Assembly (NCBI GenBank): GCA_043754515.1
Contig: JAYUUO010000027.1
Span: 1 to 58,634 of the forward strand
From: Armatimonadota bacterium
GTDB lineage: Bacteria > Armatimonadota > Armatimonadia > Armatimonadales > Armatimonadaceae
Reading direction: 5' to 3'
DNA length: 58,634 nt
Shown here: positions 1 to 8,968 of the stretch, in pieces
Position numbering within the stretch: the first letter of the stretch is position 1
Layout: each line of letters opens with the position of its first letter
The notes under the pieces: model-generated
Told to the model about the DNA's origin: nothing
Databases searched by the model: none
Seen by the model: the letters and a program-made list of their open reading frames with translations, nothing else
Made by a program: the position numbers and the translations under genes

Positions 1-2
1 AT

Positions 3-1007
3 CCCGCGTACTTCGGCGATTAGATCGGGGAACGTGTCGCCGAGTTCGGCGAGGCGGTCGCGTAGGTACGCACCGGTCTCGCGAGCGTTTCGCGTCAACT
101 CCTCATCGGCGAGAATATCCAGCACCGCGTTCGCCGCAGTGGTCGCGAACGGGTTGCCGCCGAACGTCGTCCCGTGATCGCCCGGCACGAGCGTGGTCGC
201 CGCCGCGCCGCGCGCGAGGCACGCGCCGATAGGGATGCCGCCGCCGAGGCCCTTCGCGAGCGTCATGATGTCGGGCACGATCCCGAATTGCTGGTAGCCC
301 CACAGCGTACCGGTACGCCCGACGCCGGTCTGCACCTCGTCCATGATCAGGAGCGCGTGATACCGGTCGGCCAGCTCCCGCGCCGCCTTCAAGTACTCGA
401 CCGTCGCCGGGATAATGCCGCCCTCGCCCTGGATTGGCTCCAGCATAATTGCCGCCGTGTTTTCGTTCACCGACTGGATCAGCGCGGCGACGTCGTTGAA
501 CGGGACGTAGTGGAAGCCGCCCGGTAGCGGCGCGAACGGTGCGCTGTACTTGGGCTGGCCAGTCGCGGTCACGGTGGCGATGGTTCGCCCGTGGAACGAG
601 TTCTTCGCGGTGATGATGTCGGTTTTGTCGGGAGACAGGCCGCGCCCGTACTTGCGGGCGATTTTAATCGCGGCTTCGTTCGCCTCCGCGCCGCTATTAC
701 AGAAGAACACGCGCTCGAAATCGGACAATTCGACCAGACGCCGCGCGAGCCGCGCCTGCGGTTCGGTCAGGAACAGGTTCGAGACGTGGAGCAGGGTGGC
801 AGCTTGTTCCTGTAAGGCTCGGGTCAGATACGGGTGCGCGTGCCCGACGGAGCATACCGCGATCCCGGCGAGCAGGTCGAGGTAGCGCCGCCCGCCCGCG
901 TCGAACAGGTACACGCCTTCGCCACGCGTGAACGTCACGCCGTAGCGGGCGTAGGTGGTCATCACGTGGTCGGCGTCCCACTGGCGCGATTGCGTGGTGC
1001 CCATCAT
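3..1007 (-). CDS. argD: Acetylornithine aminotransferase (class III PLP); 3' end runs off the window
   Basis: Manual translation from ATG 1007 (AAGGA upstream): MMGTTQSRQWDADHVMTTYARY...DLLAGIAV...FGNSGAEANEAAIK-like segment, SFHGRT, EPIQGEGG, DEVQTG, TLAKGLGGG, HGTTFGGNP. Lies downstream of argB. Absent from the ORF track because there is no stop in the window. Confidence 0.93.
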   Translation of the reverse strand, partial: MMGTTQSRQWDADHVMTTYARYGVTFTRGEGVYLFDAGGRRYLDLLAGIAVCSVGHAHPYLTRALQEQAATLLHVSNLFLTEPQARLARRLVELSDFERVFFCNSGAEANEAAIKIARKYGRGLSPDKTDIITAKNSFHGRTIATVTATGQPKYSAPFAPLPGGFHYVPFNDVAALIQSVNENTAAIMLEPIQGEGGIIPATVEYLKAARELADRYHALLIMDEVQTGVGRTGTLWGYQQFGIVPDIMTLAKGLGGGIPIGACLARGAAATTLVPGDHGTTFGGNPFATTAANAVLDILADEELTRNARETGAYLRDRLAELGDTFPDLIAEVRG

Positions 1008-1049
1008 TGTTTCCTTAACCGCTTGTATCATAAGTTTACCTCTAAGTTA

Positions 1050-1264
1050 TCCGGCGAAGCCGGACGTATGAGCACATATATACGGGTTTGTTACCCGCTG
1101 GCACGGGTACGCGGGTTCGCGACCCGCGCGAGAGAGTACGCGGGTCTTCGACCCACGTCTATAGGCTCCTTCGGAGCCAGGCGTCCTTCGGACGCGGGAG
1201 GAGTATCAGAAGGTGTACTCATGTTGTTTCACGATACGCGAGTACGCGGTTTTCCAACTCGCAT
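1050..1264. repeat. Cluster of REP-like hairpins between argB and argD
   Basis: tccggcgaagccgga, three gtacgcgg(g)t... copies (e.g. cgcgggtcttcgacccacg 1139-1157), ggctccttcggagcc 1164-1178, gcgtccttcggacgc 1181-1195. Confidence 0.65.
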
Positions 1265-1297
1265 AACCCGCTTTTCACCCCTCCTAGGGCAATGTTC

Positions 1298-2296
1298 TTA
1301 AACAAGCAAAGGCCGAAACCCCATTTCCCCCGGCTTGACCATCGTCCCAATCCCCGAATCGGTAAATATCTCGATCAGTAGCGAGTGGAGACGACGTCCG
1401 TCTATGATGTGCGCGCGGGGGACGCCGTCCTCGACCGCCTCGCAGCACGCTTCGAGTTTGGGGACCATGCCGGACTCCACCGTGCCGGAGCGGATCAGGT
1501 CGCGGGCGTCCGCCGCCGTGATCTCCGAGATCAGCGAGGCTTTATCGGCGAAGTCGCGGTACAGCCCCTCGACATCGGTGAGCAATATCAATTTCTCCGC
1601 CCCTACCGCGATCGCGATTGCCGCCGCCGCCGTGTCGGCGTTCACGTTATACGACTCGCCCTCCGCCCCGATAGCGACCGACGAGACCACGGGGATGTAA
1701 CCCGCCCCGGCGAGCGTGTGCAGGATCGCGGGGTTGGTTTTGCTCACGCGTCCGACGAAACCGAGGTCGCCGTGCGCCGTGTCGCGCACCGCTTGTAACA
1801 GGTTCGCGTCCTTGCCCGATAAGCCGACGGCAAGACCGGGGCGATCCGCGACGCTCGGACGGTTCCCCAGGTTCAGACGACTCCCCGGCGCGGAGCGATC
1901 CGCCGAGTCGGGACGGTCGCCGAGCAGGGGGGGACCCGTCTGTCCGCCTTCGGCGTTCAGGAGCGCGACGATGTTCTTATTCGTCTTGCCAGTCAATACC
2001 ATCTCCACGATCTGCATTGTCTCCGCGTCTGTCACGCGCAGTCCGTCCACGAACTCCGGCTCCTTGCCCATCTTGCGCATCGCGTCCGAGACTTCCGGCC
2101 CACCGCCATGTACCAGGATCGGGTTAATGCCGACGTAGCGCATCAGGAGCACGTCGCGCGTCACGGCCCGCTTCAAATCATCGTCAATCATCGCGTTGCC
2201 ACCGTACTTGATCACGATCGTCTTGCCGCTAAACGTGCGGATATAAGGCAATGCTTGTACGAGCAGTTGCGCTTGCAGGTCGGGGGATTCGTTCAT
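1298..2296 (-). CDS. argB: Acetylglutamate kinase with a 36-aa insertion
   Basis: VIKYGGNAM, VHGGGPE, GLRVTD, GLSGKDA, NVNADTAA, LLTDVEG, GMVPK, HIIDGR...GIGT motifs. Confidence 0.97.
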   Translation of the reverse strand: MNESPDLQAQLLVQALPYIRTFSGKTIVIKYGGNAMIDDDLKRAVTRDVLLMRYVGINPILVHGGGPEVSDAMRKMGKEPEFVDGLRVTDAETMQIVEMVLTGKTNKNIVALLNAEGGQTGPPLLGDRPDSADRSAPGSRLNLGNRPSVADRPGLAVGLSGKDANLLQAVRDTAHGDLGFVGRVSKTNPAILHTLAGAGYIPVVSSVAIGAEGESYNVNADTAAAAIAIAVGAEKLILLTDVEGLYRDFADKASLISEITAADARDLIRSGTVESGMVPKLEACCEAVEDGVPRAHIIDGRRLHSLLIEIFTDSGIGTMVKPGEMGFRPLLV

Positions 2297-2383
2297 AGGT
2301 TTATATTCCTCGTCAGATCCTCGCCGGATCGAGCGGCGTCACGCCGTATGGGATAAACACCGCAGGCGTTATCAGACAGAAAA

Positions 2384-2515
2384 CGCGGGTTAAAACCCAC
2401 GTCATCGGCAAATCGGCAAAACGCGTTTTGCCTGGCTCGTTTTGCCTGTCCGGCAAAACAAGTTTTGCCTGTGTAGGCTACTTCGTAGCCGGACGTCGGG
2501 TACCCGCTTGCGGGT
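2384..2515. repeat. Second REP-like hairpin cluster, upstream of argB
   Basis: cgcgggttaaaacccacg 2384-2401, ggcaaaacgcgttttgcc 2415-2432, ggcaaaacaagttttgcc 2452-2469, ggctacttcgtagcc 2476-2490, acccgcttgcgggt 2502-2515. Confidence 0.65.
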
Positions 2516-2571
2516 GGGACGGACCGATACGGGCATCCGAAACCGCCAACCGCGTAACTCCCAATACAATA

Positions 2572-3170
2572 TCAAGTGCCAGGCTTAAACCCCGCGTTGA
2601 TCCGCGTCACAATCAGGTGCCACACCCACTTCTGGGCGTCGGGGTAGGTCATCTCTCAGCTCATGAACTTGTCGCTGACGTGGTACGTCTTGCGATAAAA
2701 CACCTCGCCCTCGCGCACGCCGGACACCACGAACCAGCTGGCCTTGCGTGCTTTATAGGTGACCACTCGCTTCGGATCGCCGGGCGTGCCGCCCGTGCGC
2801 CTCCTGCGCGTACTGGTCGTCGAGCGTGTCACCGGAAGCGTCATAGGAGCCGTAAACCAGCAGCTCGGTGTGGCCGTCGCGGGACAGGAAGATCTGCCCA
2901 TCGCCGTTGTCCGGCTCGCCCTGTGGGAACAGAGCAGGTGGGTAGTGCACCGCGTACGCGAACCGGGCGTTTGTGTAGCTCTTCCAGCGGGCGTCCTTCT
3001 TTGTGCCTTTAGTTTGCGCGAGAGTGCCGACCGATACGGACAATGACGCGCCGAGTAGCACCACCGCGCCGATGATTAACCCCGAGACGCCGGATCGCCG
3101 CCCTGAACGGATGTGAGGGCTTGGTATTGGTGCCCTGGTGTCGGCAAGGCTCCGTAACGGTACATCCCAT
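2572..3170 (-). pseudogene. Disrupted exported hypothetical protein (YxNARF...DNGDG...VTY...WFVVSG type)
   Basis: Protein-like sequence switches frame near 2795 (from ORF 2753..3334 to ORF 2656..2901). It continues past an in-frame TGA at 2656-2658 as EMTYPDAQKWVWHLIVTRINAGFKPGT* to 2572. Start is uncertain. Confidence 0.7.
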
Positions 3171-3316
3171 ATCCGTTTTATACGAGAGCTCGCCGCCGCC
3201 TGTTGCCGCCAACCGTCCCCAAAATTGCGGCCGATTCTCGCGTTCCGGACGCACCCATCCGCGACGCAACCGATGAAATCCGTCACCTTTTCTTCCTGCC
3301 GTGGGGCTTTATCATC

Positions 3317-4708
3317 ATGGATGACATAACGCAATTAATCCGGCGGGTGACAGATGGTGACGCGAACGCCTTCGACGCGATTGTTCGACACTACCAGAAC
3401 CCAGCGGTCGCCTACGCCTATGCCGTCCTCGGTTCGCGGGTGCGGGCGGAAGACGCCGCGCAGGACGCGTTCTTGCAGGCATGGCGCGACCTGCCGACGC
3501 TACGTGACGCGGCGGCGTTCGGGGCGTGGTTCCGCCGCATCGTGTTCAAGCACGCCGATCGGTATCGTCGGCAGTCGGCGGCAACCGCGTCCCCCGAATC
3601 CATCGCGGAGGCGGCAGATCTGTCGGCGGACCCGGTGCGGGAGGTAATCCGAGAGGAAACGAGGGCAGCGACGCGCGACATCGTCGGCTCGCTTGGGGAC
3701 GGTGAACGCGCGGCCATCACGCTCTTCTACATGGCGGGGTACAGCGCGGCGGAGGTAGCGGCGTTTCTGGGACTGACCGAGACAACGGTGAAACAACGAC
3801 TATCGCGGGCGCGTAAACGCCTCGCGGAAAGGATGGCGATACTAGTGAGTACGGAACTTCAAGATATGGCACCCTCGAAGGGGACCCGGTTTGTGGAGGT
3901 GGCGCGGCTCCAGCGGCAGGTGACGCACGTGTTAGAGGCGGACGACAACGTTCTAGCGGCATACCTCGCGCCGTTCGGCAAGGACGAAGGGTTCGGGGCG
4001 GGCAACGACGCGTGGGCATCCTTAAATGTCCACGCGGTGATGAAGGAGGAGGCGATGCCCACTCTGGCGGCGGGCCGCGACGGGTACGTGCGCCGCGTCG
4101 GGGGTACCTCCGGGGGCGACTCGGCGTATGGCGAGCCGATCCTATGGGTCGAGGGGCAACAGAACGCGCCGCCGCAAGGCTACTATTTGATGGCGATCTA
4201 CGACGCGCCCGCCGGGCCGTACGAGGTGGACTGGTACTGGCATGCGGCGGGCGGAGCGAGCATTCCGGCGGAAGGACGGGTGCTGTTTAACCGGGCGGAT
4301 GTGCCCGTCCTCGCCGAGAAGGTGAAATGGCGGTACACGCCGGAGGGCGAGTACCCGGAGGCGATACGGCGCGTCTGGGCGGCGCGAACAGTGGAGGAGG
4401 CACGCCAGGAGGAGACACGGAACACGGTTCATCTGTTCTGGGCGATGTGGCTGATCTCCGCGAAATACTGCGTTCGGGACGCGGCGCAACGGGAAACGCC
4501 GTTCGCGGTGATGCTGGGAAACCTGCTTGCCGACACGCGCCGGAACACGTTGGGGGGCGAATGGGTTGCGCCGGAGCCGCCCGCGCCCGCGCCGACGCTG
4601 GCGGAGAAGGTTGCCGCGCTACGTGGCCTCGCGGACGCGATGGCCGCGCTCGGAAAGGCTCCGCCGGACGCCGTGCCGCGCTTCCTCGCGCTTGTCGAGA
4701 GGGGTTAA
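3317..4708 (+). CDS. ECF sigma-70 factor with a long C-terminal extension (nucleotidyltransferase-like)
   Basis: Region 2: AEDAAQDAFLQAWRDL..LRD..AFGAWFRRI. Region 4: LFYMAGYS.AEVA.FLG..ETTVKQRLSRARKRL. About 270 extra C-terminal residues. Confidence 0.9.
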   Translation: MDDITQLIRRVTDGDANAFDAIVRHYQNPAVAYAYAVLGSRVRAEDAAQDAFLQAWRDLPTLRDAAAFGAWFRRIVFKHADRYRRQSAATASPESIAEAADLSADPVREVIREETRAATRDIVGSLGDGERAAITLFYMAGYSAAEVAAFLGLTETTVKQRLSRARKRLAERMAILVSTELQDMAPSKGTRFVEVARLQRQVTHVLEADDNVLAAYLAPFGKDEGFGAGNDAWASLNVHAVMKEEAMPTLAAGRDGYVRRVGGTSGGDSAYGEPILWVEGQQNAPPQGYYLMAIYDAPAGPYEVDWYWHAAGGASIPAEGRVLFNRADVPVLAEKVKWRYTPEGEYPEAIRRVWAARTVEEARQEETRNTVHLFWAMWLISAKYCVRDAAQRETPFAVMLGNLLADTRRNTLGGEWVAPEPPAPAPTLAEKVAALRGLADAMAALGKAPPDAVPRFLALVERG

Positions 4709-4756
4709 AGGGGGCAGGGCGCGGGAAAAGGCGTTCCCGCGCCCGCACCCCTTAAC
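4704..4756. terminator. Long GC-rich stem-loop at the end of the sigma gene, probably bidirectional
   Basis: gttaa..gggg.gc.gggcgcgggaa / ttcccgcgccc.gc.cccc.ttaac inverted repeat. Confidence 0.65.
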
Positions 4757-4761
4757 TGTCT

Positions 4762-4925
4762 GCGTCGGGAGCAAATGTCAGCTTGATAGTCCCCTCCAGT
4801 GCGCCGATACAGGCAGAAACCTCCGTATGCGGGGGTGGTATAAAGAGCGTTTTCCCGGTCTGCTACCACCGATCCAGTTCTGGCTGCCTCGGAGGCGACC
4901 CGGCTCTTTTGCCGTGCGCCGACGC
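4762..4925 (-). ncRNA. Candidate structured non-coding RNA of unknown class (6S-like size)
   Basis: Nested long-range stems close the 5' and 3' ends. An extended -10 (TGGTATCCT, 4930-4938) lies immediately upstream and a hairpin immediately downstream. No credible ORF. Confidence 0.55.
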
Positions 4926-5203
4926 TAACAGGATACCATGAACCTCTCACAGGAGACGGGACGAGAACTGAAATTGATCCTCGCGTAGCCGCCTCAAGCC
5001 GCGCGGTAGTGCCGCCACAAATTGCCGGACTTCTTCCACGTCGTCAGTCGGCATGTCGGGAGCCTCCCCGTATCCGAAACGGCCTTCGTTATTTCAGCTT
5101 TACCGCCTCTATCGAAGTAACGAGTCCGGTTTCTCAGCACACTTACACACCGAGCCGAGCCGAGCAGGAGGATTTTGACCGGTCGCGGCGGAACGAAGAC
5201 CAT

Positions 5204-6481
5204 ATGAATCCTCTCGTTCCTCTTCTGCTGTCGGTGGTAACTCTCCCCGCCACGCCGGTTACGGTAGCCCCCCCCACCACTTCTCATAACACCCTGACAC
5301 CGTTTACAACCGAAGTCCGCGACGAACTGCGCCGCGTCGCCCGCGAGAACCGCATCCCCTCTACGATCCTGTGCGCGCTCGTATGGCAGGCATCAAGGTT
5401 CCGGCAGTTCGACGCGGCGACCGGCAAGCCGACCGAGACAGTACCGGGGCGTGTCGGTCTATTATCCGTACCGATTATGGGGCGCGCGGACGCGGGGCGG
5501 CTCGGAAATGACTGGCACTACAACGTCCGCGAGGGCGCGAAACTGCTGGTACACGCGTGGAATCGCGCGCCGCTTCCGGGAACGTCGCGGCTCCCGGCGG
5601 GGCGCAACATCCTCGAATGCTGGTACCCTGCGCTCGGCTGGTATGGCACAGGAGGCGCGAATGGCTTTCGCGGGCGCGAGGGGGACGCCGCGCATGCCTA
5701 TGCGGGGGCGGTGTTGGATGCGGCGGCGACGGGCGGGGACGGACTCTGGCTACCGGTCAGCATGTCGCGCCCGTCGCCAGAGACGCTGGCATGGGGGCGC
5801 AACTGGCTGAGCATCCCCGCCCCCTGGCACTACGGGGATGTGCCCCCGCTCCCCCCGGCCAGCGTGGTCGTCAACCTGCCCGTGCCGTACCTGTCGCAGG
5901 CGTGGGATTTGCCGGACGGCTTCGACGGCGACGGGTCGTGCGGGCCTTGCTCCGCGCTGATGGTGCTACTGCTCGCCGGGAAGGCGGCTCCAACGCCAAT
6001 CCCGGTCCGCGATTCGTACCCGCACGTGTCGCCTTACGGTTCCGCGATCCCGGCGGTTCAGGCGGCGATTTGCGACCCGGATCTCGGTGCGGTTCACGCG
6101 AAGATGCTCCAGTACCTGCGCCCGTCGTTCCCAGGCGTCGCTATTTTCTACGACGCGAAGGCGACGCTGGCGCGTGTCAAAGTCGAACTGGATCGCGGAC
6201 GTCCGGTGATCCTCGGTGTGTCGGTGACGCCTGCGGGGCATCTGATGGTCGCGCGGGGCTATCTGTCCGATGGTCGCCTGATCGTGAACGACCCGGCGGG
6301 GGACCGCGAGCAGTTCGCCCGCCGCGACGCGCCGGACGGCCCCTACTCTTCGACCGGTTCGCGCTACTGGAACGGCGGCGGGATTGGCGCGGTGTACGAC
6401 TGGGATTCGCTCGACGTCCGCTGGGTAATGACGTTCGGAGACGCGCCGCCGAAAGACGCCGATAAAGCCGAGGACGAGTAG
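5204..6481 (+). CDS. Exported protein: degenerate lytic transglycosylase (SLT)-like domain plus C39-like cysteine peptidase
   Basis: IPSTILCALVWQASRFRQFD...YNVREGAKLL...ILECWY in the N-terminal half. VPYLSQ...SCGPCS...GHLMVARGY...IVNDP gives the Q/C/H/D set. Confidence 0.75.
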   Translation: MNPLVPLLLSVVTLPATPVTVAPPTTSHNTLTPFTTEVRDELRRVARENRIPSTILCALVWQASRFRQFDAATGKPTETVPGRVGLLSVPIMGRADAGRLGNDWHYNVREGAKLLVHAWNRAPLPGTSRLPAGRNILECWYPALGWYGTGGANGFRGREGDAAHAYAGAVLDAAATGGDGLWLPVSMSRPSPETLAWGRNWLSIPAPWHYGDVPPLPPASVVVNLPVPYLSQAWDLPDGFDGDGSCGPCSALMVLLLAGKAAPTPIPVRDSYPHVSPYGSAIPAVQAAICDPDLGAVHAKMLQYLRPSFPGVAIFYDAKATLARVKVELDRGRPVILGVSVTPAGHLMVARGYLSDGRLIVNDPAGDREQFARRDAPDGPYSSTGSRYWNGGGIGAVYDWDSLDVRWVMTFGDAPPKDADKAEDE

Positions 6482-6522
6482 CCAGTTTTCCGGTTCTGGT
6501 CGCCGCGCGATAGTTATTCGTC

Positions 6523-7215
6523 ATGCTACGAGACTTTATCCGCCCGCTGACCGACGAGGAACGCCGGACGATGACCGACTGGCTCGCCTTTCTCGAAAAG
6601 CAGTCAACAAGCCAATCTGCTGTGATACTCAATTACTGGCTGACTCTGGGCGCGACCTTTAGCGCGTTCGTCGGGGTCGCCGTGCTCCTGCGCCTGACCG
6701 ATCTGTTGCCGCTGATGATTTGTGTCCACGTCTTGCTCGGTTTCGCGGGCGCGGGGGGGCTTCAAAGCCCGCTTTTCGAGAGGTGGCAGATGACAGGAAA
6801 CTACCTCGCCCAGATCGCGCGGCACCGGGAAACACTGACGCGGGGGCAACGGCGCGTTCAACAGGTTGAGGCGGTAGCGGTAGCGGTGCTACGCTTCGCG
6901 GACGATGAAGACGGGGACGACTATGAGGTGTTCTTCTGCGATCTCGGCGACAGCACGGTGCTGTGTCTGAGCGGCGACGCGGTGACCGAAGCGTCCCAGG
7001 ATGGCGAGTTCCCCTGCCTTCGGTTCGAGCGACTAGGCTACCCGGACGGGGGCGGGTTCGACGCGCTAGTCTCCAAGAGCGAGCCGGTCGCGCCCGCTTT
7101 CGTGTACGATTGGGCGGAGCTCACGGGCGTTCGTATGCCGGAAGACGGCGAGATATTGACCGGCGTTTCGCTGACGACATTGCCGGAGGACCTGCGCCGA
7201 CTCGGGCGCGGGTGA
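6523..7215 (+). CDS. Hypothetical membrane protein (2 TM plus acidic domain)
   Basis: 230-aa ORF with a hydrophobic hairpin, co-oriented with the upstream gene. Confidence 0.7.
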   Translation: MLRDFIRPLTDEERRTMTDWLAFLEKQSTSQSAVILNYWLTLGATFSAFVGVAVLLRLTDLLPLMICVHVLLGFAGAGGLQSPLFERWQMTGNYLAQIARHRETLTRGQRRVQQVEAVAVAVLRFADDEDGDDYEVFFCDLGDSTVLCLSGDAVTEASQDGEFPCLRFERLGYPDGGGFDALVSKSEPVAPAFVYDWAELTGVRMPEDGEILTGVSLTTLPEDLRRLGRG

Positions 7216-7216
7216 A

Positions 7217-7250
7217 GGAGGCACCTCGCGTCACGCCGCGAGGTGCCTCC
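7217..7250. terminator. 14-bp perfect stem between convergent genes
   Basis: ggaggcacctcgcg-tcacgc-cgcgaggtgcctcc. Confidence 0.7.
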
Positions 7251-7258
7251 ATCCTCGA

Positions 7259-8002
7259 CTAGGCTTTGACCGCCACGCCGCCGCGCGTCAGCGCGATCTT
7301 GTTGTTCACGCAGGATCCGTCCGCCACCAGCGTTAGCGGTGCCTTGCTGTATTGCAGGATGTACGCCTTGCGCGGGCCTCGCGAGCGGTTGACGCCGGAC
7401 TTGTGCATAGTGGTGGACCAGAACGCCGCGATGCTCCCTGCTTTTACTGGCACCTGGACGCCCTGATCGGGGTCATCCGCGTCGTGGCATACCAGGCCGA
7501 GCGGTGACTGCTTGTGCGGGACCACCCCGTTTTTGTGCGAACCGGGCATCGCCGAAATGCACCCGTTCTCGGGGGTCGCGTCGTTCAACGCGAGCCAGAG
7601 CGTCAGGTACGGAGAGGGCGAGACGGCGGTGTAGCCGTCGTCCTGATGCCACGGGAACTCCTTCTCGCCCTCCGGCATCTTGAACACGGACTGGTTCCAG
7701 TACAGGTCGGTGTCGGGTCCAAGCAACTCGGTGGCGAGTTTAACGAACTCCGGTCGCCGCGCGAACGCCTCGATCTGCTCGTCGTGCTCGGCGAGGTGGT
7801 CGGTGAAGGTTATCTCGCTCGCCCGCGAGATGCCGTCGTCGCCTACGCCCGCGGCCAGACGCTCGTTATGCCGCTTCTGGTAGGTCTCGATGCGCTCCGC
7901 GAGTGTGCTCATGTCCTCGTCTGAGAAGACGTTCGGGAAGATCGTGAAGCCCCGCTCGGCCAATTCGGCGCGTTGCGCGGTGCTGATTTCGGGTACTGCC
8001 AT
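7259..8002 (-). CDS. Phytanoyl-CoA dioxygenase (PhyH) family Fe(II)/2OG enzyme
   Basis: PWHQD, LTLWLALNDATPENGC...PGSH, HKSGVNRS..PRKA. Confidence 0.92.
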   Translation of the reverse strand: MAVPEISTAQRAELAERGFTIFPNVFSDEDMSTLAERIETYQKRHNERLAAGVGDDGISRASEITFTDHLAEHDEQIEAFARRPEFVKLATELLGPDTDLYWNQSVFKMPEGEKEFPWHQDDGYTAVSPSPYLTLWLALNDATPENGCISAMPGSHKNGVVPHKQSPLGLVCHDADDPDQGVQVPVKAGSIAAFWSTTMHKSGVNRSRGPRKAYILQYSKAPLTLVADGSCVNNKIALTRGGVAVKA

Positions 8003-8041
8003 GGGTCAATGCCTCCGGTGTTGTTCTACGAACTTACTGGT

Positions 8042-8968
8042 CTAGGAACCGTTCGCGTCCGTGCGTGTATTGTACGTCGGCGCGTTCGCGGCGGACAAGG
8101 GCGATAAGTAGCCGGTTTTGGTACGATTTACGCCGTCCCGCCACTTGCCCGGCGCGATGCCGAACCGGGCGCGGAACAGGCGCGAAAGGTGCGCGGCGTC
8201 GGTCAATCCGACCGCGTGCGCGATAGTTTCCAGTGTGTCGTCGCCGGTCTCCAGGCGGCGGCGGACCTCGGCGAGGCGCATCTCGGTGTGCAGACGGACC
8301 GGCGTCTGGCCCGTCGCGCGGACGAACGCCCGGTCGAAGGCGGTAGGGTGCAGGGAGGCGATTCGGGCGAGGTCAGCGCGGGTAACGCGGGCGGCGAGGT
8401 TCTGGCGCAGGAACGCGATGACCGGAGCGAACCGACCCACAGGCGAGGCGAGCGCGTCGGGGCGCGTCGGGCACCCCGACACCTCCCAGGCCTCGATCAG
8501 GAACGCGAGCAGTTCCGTCAAAAGCGCGGTCTGACGTAGCCGACTCACGCCCGGCCCCGATGCGATCGGGTGAACCGCTTCCAGCCGCGTGAACGTTTCG
8601 GCGTACTCAGGGGCACGCGCGGCAGGGAGGGTCAGAACGGGCGGGAGCGGGTACCGGTCCAGCAGGTTCTCCGGGTGCGGGTCGTGTATACGCGCCTCGC
8701 ACGCCAGCCAGCGGTGCAAGCCACTCCCGGCGTTCCGCTCGCTGAACGCGATGCCCGGCGGGTGGATCATCACGTCGCCTGCCCGCACGTCGTAGGTCTG
8801 CCCCCCGGTGACCATCGTAACCGTGCCGGTCACGACCTCACTGATCGTCCAGTGCGGCAACACATGATCGCGGATGTCGAGGCGCGGATACGGCGCGGAG
8901 CGGCACACGTACAGTGCCGCCTCGATCCGCTCTCCGACCCGTTCCACCGCCGTGGCGAGACCCGTCAT
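8042..8968 (-). CDS. AraC-family transcriptional regulator
   Basis: Cupin-like N-terminus; C-terminal LETIAHAVGLTDAAHLSRLFRARFGIAPGKWR. Confidence 0.92.
   Translation of the reverse strand: MTGLATAVERVGERIEAALYVCRSAPYPRLDIRDHVLPHWTISEVVTGTVTMVTGGQTYDVRAGDVMIHPPGIAFSERNAGSGLHRWLACEARIHDPHPENLLDRYPLPPVLTLPAARAPEYAETFTRLEAVHPIASGPGVSRLRQTALLTELLAFLIEAWEVSGCPTRPDALASPVGRFAPVIAFLRQNLAARVTRADLARIASLHPTAFDRAFVRATGQTPVRLHTEMRLAEVRRRLETGDDTLETIAHAVGLTDAAHLSRLFRARFGIAPGKWRDGVNRTKTGYLSPLSAANAPTYNTRTDANGS

Noticed and set aside
1835..1942. Mini-intein or intron in argB
   Set aside because: It is only 36 codons, with no C/S start, no HN end and no group I/II intron features.
1050..2515. CRISPR array or attC cassette sites
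   Set aside because: The units are short, heterogeneous hairpins without regular repeat-spacer periodicity, and no cas or intI gene is present.
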